From the NCBI GenBank assembly GCA_021613535.1, contig CP075495.1, positions 2,046,001 through 2,110,000 of the forward strand: a stretch of 64,000 bases of DNA. Direction: 5' to 3'. The DNA comes from Adineta vaga. Lineage: Eukaryota > Animalia > Rotifera. Under the pieces are notes generated by a model. That model saw only the letters and a program-made list of their open reading frames with translations, made no database searches and was not told the origin of the DNA. This document shows positions 52,987 through 64,000 of the stretch, piece by piece. The position numbers were made by a program, and so were the translations under genes. Within the stretch, counting starts at the first letter, position 1, and each line of letters starts with the position of its first letter.

Positions 52987-55538
52987 ATGTTTGTTCATCT
53001 ATGGTTATTATTAGTTTTTCTTAAATATTCATTTTCAGAAATTTTAATAACAAATTATCCAACTGTTGATCTATTAGAAAATAGTCCATTGAATACATTA
53101 ATTATTCATTTAACAACATCATTGAATTTAACTCGAACATCCAAATTAGTTTTATTAAATATGAGTGGATTTGAATTAGATATGTTTACAATTATCAATG
53201 GAAGTATTTATACAATAGATGTAATTGATCGAGAAGAATTTCTTCGAAATAAATATTGTTTAGATAGTTTATATTGTAAAATTGAATTACATATTCTTGT
53301 TAATGATCGGTTATTAGCTTATTGGGTTATACCAATTCATATTGTTGAGTAAGTTTATTTGTTTTTAATACAAATTATTCGATTTTATTTTGTAATTCAA
53401 GTGAAAATGATAATAAACCTGAATTTCCTTACAATGAAATTGAATTAAAATTTCGTGAAAATATTCTCCATGGTTATAAGATTCCATTTACTGGTGGTAG
53501 AGATCTTGATGAAGGTCATAATGGTGAAATTCATTATATTTTAGATTGTTCAAATGATTTTCATATGAATAAAACTTTTATTAATCAATATATACAATCT
53601 TCTATTAATTGTTTTCCATTATTTCAATTACTGATCTTATCACAATCATCTTCATCGATAAATTATGATCGTTTAGCATTGAAATTTCTACCATCATCAT
53701 CAGTTAATATACAAAATGAATATAAACTTCGTCTCTATGCTATTGATAATAATGAACATAATAAACAATTATATAATTCAATGAATTTATTGATTAAAAT
53801 TGAACGAAAAGAAAAATTACCACGATTTACTCAATTAGAATATGATTTTATTGTAACAATGAATTCTTCGATAGAAAAAAATGAAACTCTTCTCGGTCGT
53901 GTTCATGCCATATCAAATGATCCATCACAAGTAATACATTATAAATTATTATCTGATAGTCAAAAAATTCGAATCAATTCTTTAACAGGTGAAATTATTA
54001 TTTATAATGATAAAAATTTAATGAAATTAAATCAAGAAATTGAATTTTTTGTCCAAGCATCAACATTTTCGAAAGACAAATCGACAAATTTATTAACAAC
54101 ACGTTCAAAAGTTAAAATTATCTTTCGTTATTATGAACTTTTAAATAATATAACTTATCATTTTCAAACAATGTCATTATTAAATCAAACGAAACAAATT
54201 CATCGTTTAAATTTAACAAATACATTTCTTATCGATGAACGAATTGAAACTAATGAAGATCTATTAAAAATTACTCTCAAATCAAATTCTTATCCATTCG
54301 ATAAATATATTCTTTCATTAGATAATTATCTTTCAACATTTTCACTTGTTTCAACAACATCATTGAATACTTATGTATTAAAAACGCGTCGATATCCAAT
54401 ATCAAAAGCAATCTATATGTTAAATATTGGTGTTAAACATAAATTATCACAACAATGGTTACCAAATTTAAGAATTGAATTCATTGTTGTCGATCAATGG
54501 TCAACAACAACGATGACTACTAGTACGATAATAACAACAACTAATTTTATAATTACAAATACAACGATCTATACAGAACCATCGGGTTTTTGTATAGAAA
54601 ATAAGAATTATATTCTCTATGGTAATGAGAATGAAATTGGTTTCTTAAGAGTTATTGAATCAAATTTTCTTGTTAATGATAATCGAAGTTTAATTTCGAA
54701 CGTCATTGTTTCGATGAATTCAAGTGAAATAATTATCAATAGTTGTCGAATGCATCTTGATCATACTGAATATCTATGGAATACAACATTACGATATCAA
54801 ATATGTTTATTGACAGATGAAAATGATTGTTATAATATTTCATTTACCGATGAAATTAATCGTGAACCATTAAAAATAAATGAGAATGATCTGAAAAAAT
54901 GGCTTTTACCAATGAAACCAATTGAAATCGTTATGTTTGTATTATCGATAATATTTATTCTTATAACAATTATACTCATTTTCTTGATCTGTCGATTGAA
55001 AGGTATTCATATATGTTTAACGATAAAAAATTATTTATTCTATGGAAAAAAATATGGTCTAAATAATCCAACACATTCAACGACATCACCTTCGAAAATA
55101 ACTGTAAATAATATCTATCATTCGATTATTAACATTCTCTTTTGTTTGTCTATTTCTAGCAACAAGTAAATTCAATTGTTATTCGAGAATCTCGTTCACC
55201 TTCCTGTGAACCAATTCGAATTGGTAGGAATTTTCTTTCAAAAAAATTCATTTATTTGTGTTAATATAGAAAATGATACCAATGAACCATATATTTTTAA
55301 TATCGATCATTTACTTGATCGTGAACCACATCCATCATCGAATATGTTTACACTTCCATCTCCGACACAGATATCTTCATCATCATCGTTGACTTGTTCA
55401 CTTCAACGTGAAAATCGAACAATTACAACGCCTCGAACTTCGTCATCATCTTCATTTCTTCAGGAAACAAAACAACTTCTAGAAATGATTTCATCAAATC
55501 CCAATTCTGAATCATTAAGAATGGCTTCTGACGTATAA
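52987..55538 (+). CDS. Divergent cadherin/protocadherin-like single-pass protein
   Basis: Signal peptide, LENSP, IDREE, ENDNKPEF, DLDEGHNG, LYAID, PRF; TM VMFVLSIIFILITIILIFLI. Confidence 0.75.
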
Positions 55539-55704
55539 AAGAGATTTTTCATCTCAAAATCTATACATATATAAATAATCAATGTAAAAATCTACTCTGA
55601 TTTCTTTATAGAGACAAATTGCTTTCTAACAGAATGTATACATCTGTCACGGATGAAATTTCTAGATTGAAATCTAAACAATAGTGATTTAAGAGACATA
55701 TTTA

Positions 55705-56010
55705 TTAATCGATTTGCCTTTCAATTGCTAAAACAATAAGATTTCGTATGAAACCAAGAATAAATCCCATTGGAAATTTTTTCACAAATGGTTCAATTAT
55801 TTGCCATTTCTCTATCCAATCTTTTCTCTTTTCAGCTAATGCTTTTTCTTTCAAATCATCTTTATATAACATAACAATAAGTACGAATGTCATTGCAATC
55901 GTTAAACTAGCAAGAAGAATTACAAATAATAGACGATACCAATTTCTTTCGCACCATGTTGGAGATAAATCTGTATCAAATTCATCAGAACAATTCAAAT
56001 TTCTATTCAT
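55705..56010 (-). CDS. Small single-pass membrane protein, intronless
   Basis: SPTWCERNW, followed by a TM and a charged tail. Confidence 0.6.
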   Translation of the reverse strand: MNRNLNCSDEFDTDLSPTWCERNWYRLLFVILLASLTIAMTFVLIVMLYKDDLKEKALAEKRKDWIEKWQIIEPFVKKFPMGFILGFIRNLIVLAIERQID

Positions 56011-56100
56011 TATTGAAACATAACAAAGATAAAATTAAAATGAAACATTTGATTTCACCCGCATTTTTCTTTTCTTCTCTCTCAATCGTTCTACGATCTA

Positions 56101-56457
56101 TCATTCAAATATTGTTTCTACCATGTCGGCTATTAATTGTCTGAAAATTGAAAGTATTTGACCATTAAATTTTTTCATCCATTTTCCAATAATTCCATCA
56201 TTTGAAACTAAATCTAAAACTTTACTAGCAACACCATGTTTTTGCTTGAAATCACTTTTAATACGTCGACGTTGTTGATCACGTTTCCATTGTTTATATA
56301 AAACATAACCGAGAATACATCCAATTATTAGAATTAGAATTAAAAGTAACGTAGCAGTGAGATGAAACCAATATCGATCACAAAATGATGGTGAATGTCT
56401 CCTTCGACGATATCTATCATGAGAATATCTGTCTGATACAACACTTGTATCACTCAT
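56101..56457 (-). CDS. Small single-pass membrane protein, intronless
   Basis: MSDTSVV...SPSFCDRYW, followed by a TM ending LGYVLYK. Confidence 0.65.
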   Translation of the reverse strand: MSDTSVVSDRYSHDRYRRRRHSPSFCDRYWFHLTATLLLILILIIGCILGYVLYKQWKRDQQRRRIKSDFKQKHGVASKVLDLVSNDGIIGKWMKKFNGQILSIFRQLIADMVETIFE

Positions 56458-56777
56458 TGATTCTTATTCTCAAAGAATAAAATTGTAAGAATTCAGATGT
56501 AACTAAGGAACTTGGTTTCGAACGATATCAGTACACGTGATCGAACGTTTCAGTCGGACATTTCTTTCTGGCGCTATCATTTTATATATTTATGATACAT
56601 AATAAAACTTTCGTTTGTCTTCAAATGAATATAAGCACGTTTTCTTTCTTCTTTCTTCTTCATTTGTATGTTATGTAAATCAACGATTGATTTTGATTTC
56701 TATTCGAATATGAATCAATCAACCGAATCACAAAGAACAAAACTAACAAGAAAGTAAGAACAAATTAGATTTTTATT

Positions 56778-58458
56778 ATGATTCAATTCGGAGAGAAAAT
56801 GAAAAATTTCAAAAATCTTCGAACAATATGTGGAATAAATCTGATCATTTCCTTATTCATCTTCTTTTATGTCAACAAACAATCCATTAATTCTACTTTT
56901 CCTTCTCCATCTTCCTACATAATCAATTTATCTTTTAAAGAACAATTAATCACTGAACATTTAATCAGTTATTCACAATTCTATAATAAATCATCACCGG
57001 AATGTAATACGAAAGAATCTCTGAATAATCCACATGAACAACATTTGAATGCAACATCTCTGATATTAAGTCAACTTCGTGAACAAATTGTACCATATCC
57101 GAATGATTATTTTCATGATCGTGGAATTGTTCTTACTGTTGGTGAACATCAATTATCATTAGTAAAAGTTAATCTAAAAATGATCGAACATAGTGCTACA
57201 CAATTACCCGTACAAGTAAATCGATTCATTTTATTTGTGAAAAGAAAATTCTATTTTCAAACTTTTTGCAGATTTGGTATTCCTCGGAACAAATTCCACA
57301 GAATATTATGATCGAATTATTAAATATTGCTCCGAAAGTCAATTTGAGTATTTGTTGTTTTCATAAAGCTAAATGTCAAAGTTTAACTCGAACATGGCAA
57401 TTAAATTCTCAATATGTTTATAAACCAAATATATCTAACATAAATCAAGGCTTTGCTTATAAACCAGCAGCAATAATAAGTGCAACCTTTGTTGAAGTAC
57501 TTTTTCTTGATTCTGATGCATATGTCGTACGAGATCCTATAGATCTTTTCCTTTCTGATCCAATGTATCTTCAATTCGGTGCACTTTTCTATCCAGATGC
57601 ACATATAAGTCGACAACATTCAAGTATTTGGAAAATCTTCAATACAAGTTGTGGAAAAAATGAATTTGAATTTGATAGTGCAACAATATTAGTCAATAAG
57701 AAACGTGTATGGAATGGACTTTATATAACAAAATTAATGAATGATCATTATCGATATTTCTATGCGGTATATTCTTTTTAATTATTAGATATATGAAATA
57801 ATGATTTTTTGTATTGATCTTATTCTATAGCCTATAAGTGATGGTGATAAGGATACATTTCGATTAGGTTTTCGTTATATGAATATAAAATATTATCTTG
57901 TAATGATTCCATGTGCTGTAAGTTATTTTTATATTATCTAAATCTATACAAATGAATTGCATTCAGACTGGTCAATTTAATGGAAGTCATTTCTGTGGTT
58001 TAACACTCTGTAAAACGGATAGTCTTGCTCAACATATCTATATTAAGTAACGATGGTTTATTTTCAATTGTGTTTCTTTTTATATTGTTGATTTTGTTTT
58101 ATTTAGTCATGTTCATATATTCAAACATGATGGTATTTCGTATACAGAAGATAATTTAGGTTTTACACGTATTGGTCTAGGTGATCCAAATAATCATTCA
58201 TATTTTTTTATGCATTGTCGATTACCAGGCGGACAAACAAGTTGTTTTCATATTGTTTTACAACCAAATCCAGATATTAGTCAAGATTCTTGTTACATAG
58301 GTGAAATTTCATTAACAGATATAGAAAATCATGAATATCAATTGAATGAATCCTTATTACATGATCAATCACGAAATAATCAAATAATATTGAGTAAAAC
58401 AAATAATTTAATGCCGAATTTTGTTGAAAATTTACTCAAATATATTAATCATATGTGA
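56778..58458 (+). CDS. GT71 (MNN2/MNN5-like, Mannosyl_trans3) alpha-mannosyltransferase, multi-exon; start approximate
   Basis: RGIVLTVG, QLPVQIWY, FAYKPAAIISATFVEVLFLDSD, GALFYPD, EFDSATILVNK, GDKDTFRL; type II anchor. Confidence 0.85.
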
Positions 58459-60217
58459 ATATCTTTCGTCTGAAATACTGTCACTACATATCTATTAATC
58501 GAATAAAAGACAAGAAGTATTATCTTCTAACATAACATTCTAATTAACATCGATGCTATTCCGAACAAATTTTCTATGTGCTGTTTCTTACCATTACAGA
58601 TGCATTCATGTCCTCGATTCTCTTGGTATTACTATTGCCCTCTATCATCGTATTATATATTCCATTGAAGAAGAAGAAAAAAAAAAGAAAAACAATTTTC
58701 TCTCTTCGATGAGAATAAGTCTGAGTAATGTTCTCTCTTGTTTCTCTTTTTCCCTAATAAATAGCTTTACTAGAAGGGAAAAAGAAAGAAAAGAACGAAA
58801 GAAAGAAGAAAAAAAAATCGAGAAAATGTCGAGGACATTTAATAAATTGCGTTATGTTTGTTTATTTATTTATCCAGTATTATATTCCATTTCATTTTTT
58901 TTTCTTCTCGTTTTTTATATTTGTAACAATTAAAAACATATCTGATATTTAAAGGTCTGTACTACAGAATCTATTTCATTCTGACACCTGATCCTTTTTT
59001 CATCTAACGTCGACGAGCAAAAAAAGAAAAACCGAATATAAATGTATTAAGTCAAATACAGCTGTCTATTTCCCACGATTAATGTTGAATTGATTGCGGT
59101 GTTCTGTGTCTTTGTATCCAGGTGTAGTATTCGGATTGACTTTTTTTTCTCTCTCTCATTCTCGTGCGCGCGCGAATCATTTGTTATCTAATTGAAAGAC
59201 CTTGTAACGCTTGAATACATTCCTATTACGTATCGATATCGGTGTAGAATCTTGTCAAATGATATTTTCTCTCCTTTGTTTGATAATCAAACATTTTCCT
59301 TTACTTTTTCGTTTTGTTTTACATGATTTCAATTTCAAGGTTGTAAAACAGTAAATCTTTCGAATAAAATTTCAATATTATTCATTATTGTGAATAACAA
59401 TCGATCGCGACTAATGTATATATTTGTCATCTTTGACACAAGCAAAACTGATCCGGTATTCTGTACGCCTATACGTGTGTATTGAGTATATATGATGAAG
59501 TATTACTTTATATTTTTTATACGTTTTATTCTTGTTTGCTCGGTTCTTTGACTCTTTTTAATAGGTAGAAACTTCTATGAAGCGTGTACGAACACACTTT
59601 TTTTATACGTCCCTTCATCACTGAACTAGTAAGACAGGAGAGGATAAAAGAAAAGAAAAAAACTTGAATGCTTTCGTGACGACATTATCGATAGCGAAAA
59701 AGAAAGTACCAAACGGGATAAACAATTAAAAAATATACTTCAATCAATATTTTTCTTTATTTTAGATTCTTGAAGAAAAAAAATTCCACGTCATTTGATT
59801 AAATAAAGAACGACAAGAAAATATTTTGTCCTCAACGGACTCTTAACAATCATTTGCTGATTTTGATTGAAATTATGTTCTTTATCTTTAATAATAACAA
59901 TTGGAATTATTGGGATTTTAATATTAGTCAATGTTTATCTATAGCAATTCAAAAATATCTTTAATATTAAATTTTCATCATGAATATGCTCTAATATCTC
60001 ATACTGTTCTCTCTCTCTAAAAGTGTTTGTCTAACTATTGGTTCCTTACTCTCTCTCTTTCCTTTTCTTTTAAGTTAAAGCAATTTTTTTCTCCTTCTAT
60101 TCTGCGCTTGTGTGATAACAAAATTTTCGTTTCTTTATCTTTTTCTTTGTCTTTAATAGTGGTATTAAGTGAACAATTTTTTAGTTAGTCTTCGTATATT
60201 TCTTTCACTTTTTGCAA

Positions 60218-63200
60218 ATGTCGTTTTCTCATATTTGTTTTCGCATAATTCTTCTCAGTCTATTCGTGTCATTTATTGGAACATTTTCAATTTCAAACAC
60301 CCGTAATGATCTTAATCAGGTAAATCGATTTTTTTAAACAATAATATAACTACGATTGATTTGAAGGTAAACCGTCGGCAAACACAAACTAGACCAGTAC
60401 GAAGGAAAAACCCAGAAAAGAAAGAAGAATTTCATAATGCTGATACGAATGCATTACCATCAGCACGTTCGAAAACATATCTATTAACAATGTTACCTGT
60501 TGCTCAAGGTGATCATCTTTTTAATAGTGGAGGAGAACAAGAATGGGAAATACAAAGAAATACTGACACAAAATTTGCCATATTTGGTTTGAACTTTGAT
60601 TCATTTATTCGGCAAGAAAATGATTTGTTTTGTTTTTCTAGGTGATGATCTTGCTGGTGCCGAATTATCATTTACAACTCATCCAGGTTCCTGTGCATGG
60701 GATCGAAAAGATAAAATTTATAAATTAGAAGTTAATGAACATGATCCACATGAGCGTATGAGTGAACGTGCGTTTGTTACTTTGAATTTACCATATTATA
60801 ATTCAACATTATACATGTGTTTAACACCCGCCGGTTCCAATCAAGTATACCATCAAGGAAATCGGTATTAAATCAGATTTGTTCAAATCTTTTTCTTTTT
60901 TTGATTGATTTCTTTTTTCTTCTTTTCTCAAAGACCAGCATTGAAAATTCGAGTTACACGTCGTGCACTACCCGTTTGGGTAACAATAGTGTGCTTAATT
61001 TGCCTTTTAGCATTATCGGGTCTTTTTTCCGGTTTAAATCTTGGTTTGATGTCCTTGACACCACATGATCTGCTCGTTATTCAAGAAGCTGGTACACCAA
61101 ATGATCGTAAATATGCCAAAAATATCTATCCTGTACGAAAACATGGTAATTTTCTTCTATGTACAATTTTACTCGGCAATGTCTTAGTCAATTCAACAAC
61201 AACTATTCTATTAGATACATTAATTAGTGGAGGATTTGCAGTAGCTGCTGCCACATTAGCAATTGTTATTTTTGGTGAAATCATTCCTCAAGCTGTTTGT
61301 TCTCGACATGGTCTTAAAGTTGGCTCACAAACAATCATGTTAACAAAAATGTTCATGCTTTTAACATTACCAATTTCGTTTCCATTGAGTAAATTACTTG
61401 ATATTGTTCTAGGTAAGAATCGATATTACTTTTTTCTTCTTCTTCTATTCTATTTCTTTGGTAAATTTCAGGCGAAGAAGTTGGTGCACGTTATACACGT
61501 GATCAAATGAGTGCATTATTAAAACATACTAAAACAACGGATATTGAAGATCGTGAAAAGATCATTATGACTGGTGTACTTAGTTTGAAAGCGAAAAAAA
61601 TTCGTGATGTTATGACGAATTTAATTGATGTATTTATGCTTGAAGCTAATCGAATTGTGGATGATGAACTTGTTTTAAATGTTCATGGTTATGGTTATTC
61701 TAGAATACCTGTTTATGAAGGACGACGGTGAGTATTGAAATATTGTTGAAAAAAAAGAATAAATCCGATTTGTTTTTGTAGAGATAATGTCATTGGTTTA
61801 GTAAATATACGTGATTTTGCTTTACTTGATACGGAATCAGGAAAGTTTACTGTAAGAAATATAATGAATTTTTATAAGCATCGTTATGGAACAGCTATTA
61901 CACCAGATGATTCAAGTTATGATGTATTTAATTTATTCAAAAAAGGTAAATTCAAAATGTATATATAATAATAAAATCTTATCGATTATCTTTTCATTTA
62001 GAACAATATCATTTAGGTGTTGTTGTTGAATATGATAATACTGGTGAAAAAGATCCCAAAGCTAAAGCTGTCGGTATTGTTACTCTAGAAGATATTATTG
62101 AAGAAATGATTCAAGAAGAAATTATTGATGAAACCGATGTATTCAGTATGTATTCAATCAATATGAATCTATTGCATGAATTCTTATTTGTTTGTTTTTT
62201 TTAAGCTGATAACCGTCGTAAAGTACGAAATATGCTTTCTCAAGCTCCTGATTTCTCTGCATTTCTTCGTACGACAGCTATTGCTATAACAAGTAAAATC
62301 TCAGCACAAATGAAAGTTGCCGTTTTTCAATTTCTTTCCACAAGTAAGATTTGTATTCATTTTTTGAATGATATCAAATGGAATTATTTAGGTGTGGAAC
62401 CTTTTACTGATAAATATATGTCTGCTCATATCTTAAGTCGTTTATTAAATGTTGATCTCTATAAAGAATTTGAATTCGATGAAGATGATGTTGCAGCAGG
62501 CAAAACGACATATATTTATGAATATGGTAAACCAGTCGATTTTTTCGTTTTAATTGTTAGTGGTAAAGCAGAATTAGAAACGGGTAAAGAGAAAATTGTT
62601 AGTGAAGTCGGTTCATTTTCTTATTTTGGTGTTAGTGCACTTCACGTAAGTTTTGATGGAAATTTTCTACGAAGAAAATTTGATTTGCATTGTTTTTAGA
62701 CACCAGATGAAAAAGTCGAGGAACTTATTCGATTAAAATCAAATAAATTTCGTCCATATATACCTGATTTTAGTCTTCGAGTTAGTGAAGATGTACAAAT
62801 TTTACGTGTACGTCGTGTTCATTGGTTAGCAGCTGTACGTGCAACTTATTTCGAAACGAAACAAGCAGCAAATGGTGGAACACCCATGCTTAATTCTGAT
62901 GGAGAACAAATTGATTTATTAACACAAGAATTAGAAAAAGTTGATCATGTTGATCCAATAACTGCTACGGGAAGTCTTAGTGGTGGTGTAGGACAAGACA
63001 GTGCTGCTTTAGGTGGAATTGGACATGATGGTGTCATTGGTGGAAGTGGAACTTCACGTGAGAGAACATCATCATTAGCGCCAACTATTGGGTCTGATAT
63101 GGGACTAACTGGAACAGAACATGAAAAGTTATTAGGACAAAATCAAGCAATGGTTAATCTAAATAATTCAGGAAAAATACCAATCGATAGTCCTACTACA

Positions 63201-63326
63201 TCAGGCGTAAACACTCCAAGTCTTTCCGATAAACAAAAACGTCAATTAGTTCGTTCCGAAACACCGTCATCAACAACACCACCATCATTAACAGGTGGTT
63301 CATCAAAGAATCGCTCATTGACTTAG
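60218..63326 (+). CDS. CNNM2: CNNM-family Mg2+ transporter (DUF21, CBS pair, cNMP-binding-like)
   Basis: [77 protein letters not shown]. Paralog number is not resolvable. Confidence 0.92.
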
Positions 63327-64000
63327 TATTTGAATTAGAAAAATATGTGTATGTGTGTGCGCATGTATATATCCATAGGACAGTATTTGGAATGTAATTC
63401 TTTGTTTTTGTTTTGTTTTTATTCTTTCTCTCTCTCTCTCTCTCTTTCTTCTTTTCTTGTAATAACAGTTTTGTCTCAATTTATTTGTTGCTCTTTTAGT
63501 TTCTCTTGTTTGCCTCTTTTTCGGTTGTTGGATTTGACTAAGAGAGAAATCAGTTTGCTTTATTTCTTTCTTCTTAATTAGTTTTATGCTATTGAAAGTC
63601 TTAGAAACACTATTCAGTATGCATCTAATAGTTTTCTTATATTTTTTTGCTTCTTTTTCTAAAAATATATGCACTATTTTAAAGGAATATTTACAAAAAA
63701 AAGTGTTTTCTATCCATGCATAAAAGATTAACTCAACGATTGCACAAAAAAAACAGCATCTGGAAGATAACTAACCTTTTCCCTGTTAATGTCAACATAC
63801 AAAATTAGCTGCAACTATGTAGATTTTTCATCTAATTAGTTCGAGTTTTTCTTTTGTCAAATAATCATTAATAGAATAAAAGGAGTATTTTTTTCTCTAC
63901 CGAAAACGTGACATATGACATGAGAACATTTACTCTAACATATAAATCATTGTTTAAATCCTTTTCGAATGTTCGATTGCTTAAGTCAATGACAACATTC

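Noticed and set aside
58553-60200. ORF 58553-58933 and possible gene upstream of CNNM
   Set aside because: Derived from A/T runs. The region is more likely CNNM promoter, 5' UTR exons and introns.
63315-63674. ORFs over CT/AG microsatellite
   Set aside because: CNNM 3' UTR simple repeats.

Overview
Eukaryotic, very AT-rich, gene-dense window with short (~50-70 nt) GT-AG introns. It mixes animal housekeeping genes with bacterial/fungal-type genes, which points to a bdelloid rotifer (inference). I reconstruct about 29 protein-coding loci and one tRNA-Sec. In order: a 5-HT2-like GPCR nested antisense in an intron of a P5B ATPase (ATP13A); tRNA-Sec; ARMH3; LAS1L; two unknown membrane proteins; a GT7 beta-1,4-GalNAc/Gal transferase; three tandem YHYH-domain genes (one intact, two disrupted); IFT25; a frameshifted bacterial-type SGNH arylesterase; a WBP4 C-terminus-only gene; a small TM protein; a divergent HORMAD/Hop1-like gene; MRPL38; MPC2; a second GT7; KRTCAP2; PAXBP1; a Deltex E3; a PLPPR-like pseudophosphatase; a secreted acidic protein; a fungal-type AKR13; a cadherin-like gene; two more small TM proteins; a GT71 mannosyltransferase; CNNM. 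The most notable observations are operon-like gene junctions compatible with SL trans-splicing, a decaying and mosaic HGT YHYH array with a microhomology deletion, a meiotic-type HORMA protein, a catalytic motif split over two 13-nt microexons, and the nested GPCR. Exon boundaries were read by eye. Family calls come from recognised motifs, not database searches.
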